Source: Aureliella sp. (GTDB lineage Bacteria > Planctomycetota > Planctomycetia > Pirellulales > Pirellulaceae). From it: a stretch of 64,000 nt of DNA. The notes below the pieces were generated by a model. That model did not search any database and had not been told where the DNA came from. It saw only the letters and a program-made list of their open reading frames with translations. Below are positions 19,073-28,330 of this stretch, in pieces; position 1 is the stretch's first letter, and the number at the start of each line of letters is the position of its first letter. The stretch covers positions 2,688,001 to 2,752,000 of the forward strand of contig OY829846.1 in NCBI GenBank assembly GCA_963691875.1, read 5' to 3'. The position numbers and the translations under genes were made by a program.

Positions 19073-20464
19073 TTAATTTTCTCGCAGACAGTGCATGTTG
19101 GCCATTGAAATGCCACTGACGATGGCGCCAATGATGCCGACGAATCCCTGGTCCGTCCCGCACAAGAAGAGATTCTTCAAGTGAGTCGACCCGTCAAGGT
19201 TCTTTTCGGGCGCCCCGTAAACGGCGCCGTTATCGTGGGATGTAAACCGTCGAATCGTCTTGGGTGTAAACACATCTGTGCCCACGACATTCCGGCGAAA
19301 GTCGGGAATGAATCGCACTGCAGATGCCACGCTGCGGTCATACCACCACATTTTTTGTCGCAAATACTCTTTCTCGTCTAAGTTCTTCCAGGAGTCAAAA
19401 TCGGCAATGGTCGTCAAGCGAATCACGCCTTCGTCCAGGTTGCCCAGCTCGCTAGGATACAAATAGTTGTTCGGGCTACAGATGACACCCGTCCTGGTAT
19501 CGCAAAGTCCTTGCTCTGGTCGCCGCCAGTGAAACTGTTCGCTATCGTTGTAAAAAACAATCGTTTCGCCAAAGCCAACTTCCTTGGGCTGCTTATCCAA
19601 GATGGAGATGGACTCTATGAAGGTAAGCTGACCTGCTCGATCGACCGTTTCAGCACTTAAGTCTGCGCAGAGTCGTTGCGTCTCGATGATGCCCGCGCTA
19701 GAAAGAATGCGTTTGGCCTGCAGCTCTTCGCCATTGTCCAGCACGACACCGACGGCTCTATCACCATCGGTTCTTATCTTTTGAACACCACTTCGCAGCT
19801 TGAGTTCTCCACCCAGCGAACGGAAGCGACGGACAAGATGCTTGAGGATCAGCCGCACTCCCTTGAAGGGCCGAGCAAAGCCTTCCAGAAAGATGCTGCG
19901 GAACATGATGCAAAATTGCCCAAAGTCCATGTCGTCTTCACGAGCGTTGCCATACCACATCAGCGGACAAAGAATCATCTCGATCAGTAGTGGATCGCTG
20001 ATGGTCTCATTGAGGAATTCTCGAGCGGAGCCGCCAAAGTTATCTTGGTTCAGGTCGTCGTAATCGGTTAGCGCGTTCAGCAGCTTTTCGAAGTTGTCCA
20101 CTTCAGATGGAAAAGTTCGAGCAATCTCGCTTCGAAGAAAATCGATTTCATTCGTGAATCCCAATCGGACGCCAGGGAAGGCGATGGCAGAGCCGATTTG
20201 CGGCGACAGCTCGAAGTCGTCCCATTTGAATCGCAGTTGGCGAAGGAGCCTAGCGAGCGGGCCCTTCTTCGTACCAGCGGGTGTGAAGTTGGTGACGGCG
20301 TGCAAACCAACATCGAAATTCCGTCCGCCCTGGCGGTAGAACGAGTTCAAGCCGCCAATCGTCCAGTGCTTCTCAAGAATGCACACTTTCTGATCGTAGT
20401 GTGCGAGGCGAATCCCAGCCGCCAAGCCTGACATTCCAGCTCCGATGATGATCGTGTCGTACAT
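19073..20464 (-). CDS. Phytoene desaturase-family FAD-dependent oxidoreductase
   Basis: IIIGAGMSGLAAG Rossmann motif, FDVGLHA, TPKTIRRFT..NGAVYG, NLFLCGTDQGFVGIIGA. Confidence 0.85.
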   Translation of the reverse strand: MYDTIIIGAGMSGLAAGIRLAHYDQKVCILEKHWTIGGLNSFYRQGGRNFDVGLHAVTNFTPAGTKKGPLARLLRQLRFKWDDFELSPQIGSAIAFPGVRLGFTNEIDFLRSEIARTFPSEVDNFEKLLNALTDYDDLNQDNFGGSAREFLNETISDPLLIEMILCPLMWYGNAREDDMDFGQFCIMFRSIFLEGFARPFKGVRLILKHLVRRFRSLGGELKLRSGVQKIRTDGDRAVGVVLDNGEELQAKRILSSAGIIETQRLCADLSAETVDRAGQLTFIESISILDKQPKEVGFGETIVFYNDSEQFHWRRPEQGLCDTRTGVICSPNNYLYPSELGNLDEGVIRLTTIADFDSWKNLDEKEYLRQKMWWYDRSVASAVRFIPDFRRNVVGTDVFTPKTIRRFTSHDNGAVYGAPEKNLDGSTHLKNLFLCGTDQGFVGIIGAIVSGISMANMHCLREN

Positions 20465-20599
20465 CTTCGCTGGAATTCTCTTGGGATGGTCAGTCTAGTG
20501 ATCGGCCTGGGAAAGACGGCGAGCCGAAATCATTACGGCGATCATTGTACAACACCAGTACTCACCACAGATTTTGTGGCTGCGTCATCCGGAACCGTT

Positions 20600-20851
20600 T
20601 TAAAGATCCGCCATCTTCGGCTCAAGATACTTTACTGTGCTGGCCATACTCGCCAACTCGCCATATTCCTCCTCAGGGATTTGAACTCGGTGTCGCTTGC
20701 GGAGTTCCATCACGATATCCAAGAAGTCCATGCTGTCGAGCTCCATCTGCTCACGGAACGACTGCTCATCATTCAGATCGGACAAATCTTCATCGGGAGC
20801 AATCTCGCTCAGAATGTCAATGATTTCGTCACGGATTTCCGCAGGGCCCAT
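20600..20851 (-). CDS. Acyl carrier protein
   Basis: 83 aa acidic protein with LDSMDFLDIVMEL phosphopantetheine site. Confidence 0.92.
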   Translation of the reverse strand: MGPAEIRDEIIDILSEIAPDEDLSDLNDEQSFREQMELDSMDFLDIVMELRKRHRVQIPEEEYGELASMASTVKYLEPKMADL

Positions 20852-21633
20852 CAGCTAGCTACCTCTGTGGTTGGCATTTCTTGTAGAGTTCCTCACAGTT
20901 GCTTTGCAGCGATTAAGCCTGTGATTTCGGGGAGCAAAAAAGCTTAACCGGAAGATCTTCGATCGTATAGCCTTAATGCGCCCCTGGGTTGCGTTAACGA
21001 GCGCTCATTTTGGCTCATAAATCCTGGCTGGAGACGTGTTCCGCGTACGACCGAAAGGCTGCTGCGGCATTCACTTGCCAAGAATCCGCTTTCCCGCCGT
21101 CCGACACTATCCAGCCGCAAAGATATCCAGCCTTTTACTGGTCAGCAAACGCTTTGACGCCACCCCATGGTCCATTGAGCTTCAACATGTCCTCGATACC
21201 AGCTTGGCGTTCATAAATCACGCAAGCCTTGAGCTTCCACGACTTTGGTGCCGGGAGCCGGTCATTGCTTGCGTTTCTGCTGCGGTAATCGGGAATCTTT
21301 CGACTTTTGGTCTTGCGGATTGCCAACCGCAGTGCGTGCCACGCCGAAACGGTAGCTGCTCCAGGGGATTGAGAGAAATCCTTGGTACACCGTGGCGTGC
21401 CCGGGGCAGATCGGGGGCTCAAATGGGCAATGTGAGACAGACTTGCCAGCGTCGGGCTGCCGCGTCATGACAAACGCTGGCCCGCGGCTAGCGTCGCTGG
21501 CTCACGGGTTGAAACGCAATCGCACCTGCCGCAAACCAAGGCGTGATTGCGAAAAAGCCGCTCTGCGGGTATTCTCGCACCCACGAAAATGACAAGAAAA
21601 TTTTTCCTTCCTCCTTTGGCGAGAAAGTGACCC

Positions 21634-23682
21634 ATGAGCGTTTCCGCAACAACTATCGAAAAAACGGCGATCGACACAATCCGCACCCTCAGCATGGATG
21701 CGGTCCAAGCTGCAAACAGCGGGCACCCTGGGACTCCCATGGCTCTGGCTCCCGTCGCCTACCAAGTATGGGCTGGCACGCTCAACTACGATCCAGCCCA
21801 ACCACTTTGGCCCAATCGCGATCGCTTTGTGCTCAGCTGCGGCCATGCGTCCATGTTGCTTTACTCGATGCTCCACCTCGCCGGGGTGCGTGCCCTGGAT
21901 GAGAACGGCGAAGTCACCGATGCTCCCAGCATCACCCTCGACAACATCAAGAATTTCCGCCAGCTCCACAGTCCCTGTGCAGGGCACCCAGAATATGGCG
22001 AAGCAGCTGGTATCGAGACCACAACGGGGCCGCTTGGACAAGGTGTCAGCAATAGCGTTGGAATGGCGATCGCCAGCAAGTGGCTCGGCGCAACCTACAA
22101 CCGTCCAGATTACGACCTCTTTGATTACAACACCTACGCACTCTGCGGCGACGGTGACTTGATGGAAGGCGTAGCCTACGAGGCTGCATCGATGGCGGGA
22201 CACCTCAAGTTGTCGAACTTGTGCTGGATCTATGACGACAACAAGATCACGATCGAAGGACATACTGACTTGGCGTTCAGCGAAGATGTCGGACGTCGCT
22301 TTGAAGGTATGGGGTGGAACGTACTTCGCGTGGCAGACGCCAACGACGTGCAAGCCCTCTCCGTTGCACTCGACGGCTTCAACAGCTGCGACGACAAGCC
22401 AACTTTGATCATCGTGCGAAGTGTAATTGGCTTTGGCTCGCCTAACAAAGCGGACACCCATGGTGCACATGGCGCTCCTCTCGGCGACGACGAAATCAAG
22501 CTAACCAAGCAAGCTTATGGCTGGCCGGAGGACGAGAAGTTCTTGGTGCCAGATGGTGTTCAAGAACACTTCCAAGAAACTCTGGGCATTCGTGGAGCCG
22601 CAGCGAGCTCTGCATGGCAAGAGCTTTACGAAAAGTACAAGGGCGAGTTTCCCGCCGAAGCAAAACAAATCGATGCGTTCATCGCGGGCGAACTCCCAGA
22701 AGGTTGGGACAGTGGTATCGAGGCTTTTCCTGCAGACGAAAAAGGCATGGCGACTCGAGCCAGCAGCGGCAAAGTGCTGAACATGCTTGCACCAAACTTT
22801 CCTTGGCTCGTTGGTGGTTCGGCCGACCTTGCCCCGAGTACCAATACACTGTTGAAGGAATCGGGGGATTTTGCATCCTCTTCCTACGATGGCCGAAACA
22901 TGCACTTCGGGATCCGCGAACACGGAATGGCTGCCGCCCTGAACGGCATGTCGCTTTCCGGCATCCGGGCCTACGGTGCAACCTTCTTCGTATTCACGGA
23001 CTACCTGCGTCCTTCGATGCGTCTAAGCAGCCTGATGCACCAGCCTGTACTCTACGTCATGACTCACGACTCGATCGGGCTGGGCGAAGATGGACCGACT
23101 CACCAGCCAGTAGAGCACCTTGCTGCCTGCCGTGGCATTCCGGGTTTGTACGTCTTACGTCCAGGGGATGCAAACGAGGTAGCCGAAGCTTACCGAGCGG
23201 CACTTGGCATGAACGATCATCCGTCCGTAATGGTTCTTTCGCGACAAGCCGTTCCGACGCTCGACCGAAAAACACTCAGCCCCGCTGCTGGAACTGCAAA
23301 AGGTGGTTACGTCCTTTCTGACTGCGACGGCACTCCCGATGTCATCATCATGGGCACGGGAACCGAACTATCACTATGCTTGAAAGCGCAAGAAGAATTG
23401 GCGGGTAGCGACATGAAAGTCCGCGTGGTCAGCATGCCATGCATGGAGTTGTTCGATGAGCAGCTGCCCGAGTACCAGGAAAGTGTCCTGCCAACTGAAT
23501 GCAAGGTCCGGATCGCTTGCGAAGCCGGTATTCGCCAGTGCTGGGACAAGTACCTCGGCACAACCGGGCATTTCGTCGGAATGAATTCCTTTGGGGCGTC
23601 CGCTCCGGCTGGCAAACTTTACGATCACTTCAAGATCACCAGCGATCAGATTGTAAGTGTTGCCAAGGTGGCGATGCAGTAA
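21634..23682 (+). CDS. tkt: Transketolase
   Basis: SGHPGTPM, RDRFVLSCGH, TTGPLGQG, GDGDLMEG, FGIREHGM, THDSIGLGEDGPTHQP. Confidence 0.97.
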   Translation: MSVSATTIEKTAIDTIRTLSMDAVQAANSGHPGTPMALAPVAYQVWAGTLNYDPAQPLWPNRDRFVLSCGHASMLLYSMLHLAGVRALDENGEVTDAPSITLDNIKNFRQLHSPCAGHPEYGEAAGIETTTGPLGQGVSNSVGMAIASKWLGATYNRPDYDLFDYNTYALCGDGDLMEGVAYEAASMAGHLKLSNLCWIYDDNKITIEGHTDLAFSEDVGRRFEGMGWNVLRVADANDVQALSVALDGFNSCDDKPTLIIVRSVIGFGSPNKADTHGAHGAPLGDDEIKLTKQAYGWPEDEKFLVPDGVQEHFQETLGIRGAAASSAWQELYEKYKGEFPAEAKQIDAFIAGELPEGWDSGIEAFPADEKGMATRASSGKVLNMLAPNFPWLVGGSADLAPSTNTLLKESGDFASSSYDGRNMHFGIREHGMAAALNGMSLSGIRAYGATFFVFTDYLRPSMRLSSLMHQPVLYVMTHDSIGLGEDGPTHQPVEHLAACRGIPGLYVLRPGDANEVAEAYRAALGMNDHPSVMVLSRQAVPTLDRKTLSPAAGTAKGGYVLSDCDGTPDVIIMGTGTELSLCLKAQEELAGSDMKVRVVSMPCMELFDEQLPEYQESVLPTECKVRIACEAGIRQCWDKYLGTTGHFVGMNSFGASAPAGKLYDHFKITSDQIVSVAKVAMQ

Positions 23683-23718
23683 GCTACTTCACACATCAAT
23701 ATTGGGTTCGAAGCAAAC

Positions 23719-23749
23719 ACAGCTCTCCCAACCTGGAGAGCTGTTTTTA
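23719..23749 (+). terminator. Intrinsic terminator of tkt
   Basis: ACAGCTCTCC-CAACCT-GGAGAGCTGT followed by TTTTA. Confidence 0.85.
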
Positions 23750-23929
23750 TTGGGCGGTAAGTAAAGTCGGATGAATCGCCGACCCAGCTACCCACTAACC
23801 ATTGAATTTCACGTCCCGCGATTGGCGACAAGTTGCCCTATTTGCGGCTTGCTTTAGTCCTGTGGGCTAAGAAGTTGCCGCAAGGATGTTTCCCCCGGCC
23901 ACCTCCGACACTACGCTACCTTGACATGT

Positions 23930-24120
23930 ATCGCCTGGCCGCCGAAGCGCATCTGTCTGGGGGGTAGCAAAGCCGGCGGCTCCGCCCACAAAGCTCTATC
24001 GCTGACCTGCTTCCGGATGAGTTCGCGCGTCGGTGTGCTGACGGAGTGAAGGCGTAGCCGGAACGGAATCAGCACACCGAAACCCAACCGAACTCTCGTA
24101 ACAGCTGGATCAAAGAGGCC
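23930..24120 (+). mobile_element. Degenerate 3' end of an IS3-family element
   Basis: + frame reads RPQSSIADLLPDEFARRCA (cf. IS3 transposase C-terminal RPHSSLGYLTPAEF); 12-bp inverted repeat 24030-24041/24069-24080; CTCTCGTAACAGCTGGATCAAA resembles the inner part of an IS3 right end. Confidence 0.55.
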
Positions 24121-24347
24121 ACTACCACGACCCAGCCGAAGAAAAGAGCCAAGTTGCCCTAGAGATCGTAAATGTAGTTTGCCAGCACAAAGTTCATTTC
24201 TCGGTCATCTCTGTCAGCCAGATTGATAATGTCAATGAGCGTTCAAAAAGAGACATCCTTTGACGCCTTTCACCAAGAGCTTAAACGGTGAAAGGGCCAA
24301 AGAAATAGGTGTAAAAGACCGTGACGTCAGTCATGTAAGGATTAACT

Positions 24348-24980
24348 TCAAAACCAGCTCACCATCCATTGAAATGTTGAGTCCATGAAGTTGAATTGAG
24401 ACTGTGGTCGCTCAAGTTCGACCACAATGACACTATCCAGGATACCGACATCACCTCGATTCGTATTGACTCGAAGGTGGCCTTCCATTTGGAAGCAACC
24501 ATTTCCCGACCAATCATTGTTGCCGATCCTGATGACATCAGATCCAGAAAGTTCAGTCAGAGGTACCCATTCGCGGAAGCCTGTACCATAAGCGTCTCGA
24601 CTTCGTCGACTTGGATCCGTGATGAATGTAGATCGCGAAAGATAGTCGTAGCCACACATGGTAACCCAATGGCCGCCTTCACGTTCGTAGACGTTTCGGT
24701 TTTTCGAATACCAACCAACCCCAAGGATCACCAAGGCATCTCCTTCCAGTCCACGCATCATCCAGTTGTCCGATATTTTAGAACTGCAGTCTGCTGGTTG
24801 ATAGCAAGACAAAGCCTTTGTTTGGTTGTACGTAGTACACCCTTGTCCCTGTGGACTTAGGACTGATCCGCGTCGCAGTTTTTCTGCAGTCAGCCGCAAG
24901 TTGAACGGTATGTGCAAAGAATTTCGGGGCCGTTGTTGGCAAGCTTCAAATACAAATTAAGCCAGCATGCTGCCCCCTGA
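24348..24980 (-). pseudogene. Papain-like (C39-like) cysteine peptidase remnant
   Basis: GGHWVTMCGYD catalytic-His motif and FITDPS in ORF 24348-24917; upstream different frame reads GAACWLNLYLKLANNGPEIL; no intact catalytic-Cys N-terminus. Confidence 0.5.
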
Positions 24981-25304
24981 AAAGCAAAGAACGCTTTGGC
25001 CAACCCAGCACAAAGACCAGCCAAACCTGAAATGCCCAAGAAACATTCCAGAGAGGGAAAAACCCCTGCTGCATTTACTGTTGAGCATCGAAGGAATGCT
25101 TTTGTTGTTGGGGAAATGAAGGCTGGACGGAAACATTATGATTAGCGCTCGTGGATTTTATAGACTATGAGCCATGCTGTCTGCATTGGCTGTAGGGTAA
25201 GCAGCTAACGTTGAGAAAGATTGGAAGAAAATACTCTTCGTCACTATCACGATGGAGTCATTTCTCTTCCCTGTTCAATTCCCAAAAGGATAAGGGTGAC
25301 CAGC

Positions 25305-25721
25305 ATGAGCAAGATGAGCAGTGCGGCCTTGGAATTTTTTGATGCTTGTGAGACGGGGACGGGCTGGGAAGGCTGTCTCCCCTATTGCCACGCTAACGCA
25401 ACTTTCTCGGCACAGGCCGATGTTCTGTCGGAAATCAAGACGGTTCAAGCTTATGCGGATTGGATGAAACAGATGATGACCCCAATCCCGGATGGCAACT
25501 ACGAACTAAAGTTCTTTGCAGCAGACGAAGAGCGAAATTGTGTCGCTGCTGTTGCGGTCTTTCATGGCACGCAAACGGGGCCGGGCGGACCGGGTGATCC
25601 AACGGGCAACTCTTTATCTACGGACTACGCGTATGCAATGGAGTTTGACGGCGGCAAAATCTGTCATGTGACCAAAGTCTGGAACGACGTTATCAGCTTA
25701 CGGCAACTGGGCTGGTTATAG
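25305..25721 (+). CDS. SnoaL-like / NTF2-fold (ester cyclase-like) protein
   Basis: FFDACETGTGWEGC..YCH..ATFSAQA, AVFHGTQTGPGGP, YAMEFDGGKICHVTKVWND; ATG 25305 with upstream AAGGGTG. Confidence 0.8.
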   Translation: MSKMSSAALEFFDACETGTGWEGCLPYCHANATFSAQADVLSEIKTVQAYADWMKQMMTPIPDGNYELKFFAADEERNCVAAVAVFHGTQTGPGGPGDPTGNSLSTDYAYAMEFDGGKICHVTKVWNDVISLRQLGWL

Positions 25722-25763
25722 GGTGATGAACCAAACGAACTTTCCTAGTCTTTCTCGCTCCGC

Positions 25764-25948
25764 TTAGTTGCGAGAAAAAGAGGATGGCTCTTTCGAGCTC
25801 GCCTCTTTCTTCCGATGTTGATCTCGGCGGTTTTTGATAGCTGCTAGCAGAAAGTCAGCAATAGAGAGTCGATCGCAGCATCCGTAAGATTGCCACCAAC
25901 TACGGCTATCTTAGATTGCTCTTCAGGCTGTTGCGTTCGGGCTGACAT
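25764..25948 (-). pseudogene. Small hypothetical protein disrupted by a CT-dinucleotide slip
   Basis: MSARTQQPEEQSKIAVVGGNLTDAAIDS continues as IADFLLAAIKNRRDQHRKKEASSKEPSSFSRN* if 2 nt are removed from GACTCTCTATT. Confidence 0.3.
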
Positions 25949-26179
25949 GTTGGCTTGCTGCTTGTTCTCGGTTTTAGTTGTTGTGGCTTATTAGGCTTTG
26001 AGTCATCCAAGCCATCAGTGAAAAGCTTTTGCTAGGTCTAAATTATGCGCGCCACACGATAGGTCGCTGACAACTTGCCTGGTAAGAATTCGGCCACCCC
26101 GGGTAAGCCAACCAAGCATTGCCTTGTCAGTTGATAGGATGCAACACCGACGCTCGTTGCAGTTAAAAGAAGTGAAACG

Positions 26180-26587
26180 CTAAACGCGTAATTTCTGTGG
26201 TTTTCGCGCTATCCGCCAGGATTACAATCTGCATTTGGGCGAGCAGTAAATTCTAGTTGAGCGGTGAGCGATCAAGGTTTTGCCACAGTGCCGGCAGGTT
26301 CTGGTTGCTGCCTGTGCTTTACGTTCGATCGTTCTGGCAAGATCGATGAGATTTCGCATTTGTCTACTCACGCCGGACTGTGTCGAAAAAGTGCCGCGAT
26401 GAGTGGCACCGCAGGAGGGCGTCCCTCGTAGTAAAGGACCCAAATTAGGGGAGGTGCCGCCCAGCAAGAAAAGTACTTGCTGCAGCTCTTCCCTAGTGTT
26501 GAGAGCTTGACATCCTTGATGGATTAAAATCTCAACATCAATATCTTGATAGGCGTGCCTTGTCATCTTTTGAGTCCGCTCTGGCAC
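26180..26587 (-). pseudogene. Small zinc-finger protein of mobile-element type with premature stop
   Basis: CRHCGKTL..RSTRIYCSPKCRL then TAA (26222-26224), continuing in frame as SWRIARKPQKLRV*. Confidence 0.45.
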
Positions 26588-26658
26588 GTCTTTCGAGTGG
26601 GCAAAGAAAAGCGGTATCTCCCGAGGGCTGAAAATACAGCGTCAATCGATGCCGCAAG

Positions 26659-26700
26659 TCGCATCATAGCTGCAGTATCAATTCAGTAGGCCGGTGGTCG
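26659..26700 (-). repeat. Orphan 42-bp copy of the 3' end of the EEP nuclease gene (direct repeat of 26906-26947)
   Basis: 38/42 identical; encodes DHRPTELILQL* versus DHRPTELILQP*. Confidence 0.85.
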
Positions 26701-26770
26701 GCAAGATAACGGCTAGCCGGACCGTAGATACTCAGACTTCAAAGAGAAGGCGTTCGACGCTTTATAAATA

Positions 26771-26812
26771 AAGAAGCGACGGCCTGAACTCAATCAAGCT
26801 GCCGCTCTTTTA
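26771..26812. terminator. Possible bidirectional terminator hairpin
   Basis: AAGAAGCGACGGCCTGA...TCAAGCTGCCGCTCTTTT with A-run on the left and T-run on the right. Confidence 0.45.
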
Positions 26813-26910
26813 GAACATTTAGAAACGCTAGCCCTTGGCTAGGGTAGCGAATTGGGCGGGTTAGCGACTTCAAAAGCCTGGACCAATTTATTGGAGCTTC
26901 TCAGTTCGCA

Positions 26911-27760
26911 TCATGGCTGCAGTATCAATTCAGTCGGTCGATGGTCGCTCGTCTTTTCGTCATCCGGAAAATCTCCGGGACGAACGATCACGTTGCAGAC
27001 AGGCTTCCATTCTCGCGCCTTCCCAGCGACAAAAGCGAAGTCAAGCATCGAGTCCGGATAGCGGCCTTCGCCCTGAGAATTGCCAGACCAATTCGTATCG
27101 ACCCATTCCTGCGGCTTGACCCATTGCCAAATATTACCGCGCATCATCGTAGCAAAAGACTGGTTGCCTTCGTGAGTAACAAATGAGTAGTCGAAATTGA
27201 AATCGCCAATGGTAACCATAGGTATCGTCTTGCCTCGCGCCCACTCAGTCAGGCCCAAAGCTTGTTGCTCGCGTAGCTCCTCGTTCCGTCGCGCAAGATG
27301 CACTGCTGCCAGTAGCATTTCGTTATCGGTCTGGCGGTCCCTCAGGTGCACAATCAGTGGTGAACGATGGTTGCCGTCGTTTATTTTGATGCCCTCAATT
27401 TCCTGAGGCTCATCTAGCTCAAGGAGCTCGAAACGACTTGAGTCAAAGATGATTTGCAACCGATCACTAGCGCCACTTCTGCTTTGCACTGAAGTAAATT
27501 TGTCACCAACAGCGCTGGAAAAGATTTCAAAGTTTCGCGGTGACACTTCGCTCCAAGCGTACAAATCGTAGTTGTTAAACTAGGAGAGCTGTGTTGCGAT
27601 GGTCTCTGCTTCACTTCCGCCGGACTCAACATTCCGAAGCCAGAATCCGAATCTCGCTGGTTGTTGGCTGACTCTCAACAGCAGGTACTTCTGCTTCAGT
27701 CTTTTCAATGTTGGGCCGACAGCCCAACAAACCTGCCAGACACAGGAAAGAGCAAACCAT
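26911..27760 (-). pseudogene. Endonuclease/exonuclease/phosphatase (EEP) lipoprotein pseudogene
   Basis: ATG 27760, lipobox LLGC; IRILA[+1 frameshift ~27635]NVESGG; in-frame TAG at 27580-27582; conserved VHLAR, IGDFNFD, LDFAF, SDHRP motifs. Confidence 0.85.
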
Positions 27761-28330
27761 GCTTAATCTCCAGTGATTCATCCTTGTTTTCCTTGTCCTC
27801 ACAGATCTTAAGCAATTATTGTCACAAGCAGTGCTACCTCTGACTTACAAACGATCGGGCTTTTTGATCTTATTCATGCTCTCTAATCAACCCCACGTGC
27901 AGTATCTGCTTCTGCTGAACGAGCTCAGCCATCGAGTCATCGATAGGTTTGATCTCCATACAGCCTGTTTACGTTTAGAACACGCAGGATTAGGCGAGTA
28001 TGAGACGGAGACATCCCTACTTTCCTTTTTGGTATGCGTCGCCCCTCACGTCCGCTGCAATTTTGCAATCGGGCATTTGCCCTCAGCGAAGGCAACAACG
28101 CATAGCAGTCGATATCAAAGTATCTCATGATCGCGGCGATCGTACCCGTACTAGGTGGAACGGTGCATGCTCTAAGCACGCGGTCCCAAACGTCACAGAC
28201 ACTCGAAAAGAGCGATGCTGGACCTGTATTTCTCTTGGCTTCTTTTTGCAACAGCTATCAACGCCTGGGTCAGTGTCTACAACGGCCCGTTCTAGCGTAT
28301 CTCGACGCCCTCGATGTCGATTACGCTAAT

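Noticed and set aside
21135..21422. Possible small gene between ACP and tkt
   Set aside because: The 3' part looks coding but there is no credible start, RBS or recognisable motif
26011..26085. c-di-GMP-I (GEMM) riboswitch suggested by GGTCTAA...ACGATAG
   Set aside because: The P1 GGCAAA..GAAA..GACGCAAA elements are missing and the second copy lacks TCTAA
27820..28330. Overlapping short ORFs between the EEP pseudogene and the ARH gene (possible toxin partner)
   Set aside because: No frame shows a recognisable motif such as an ART R-S-E or H-Y-E signature; cannot support a call
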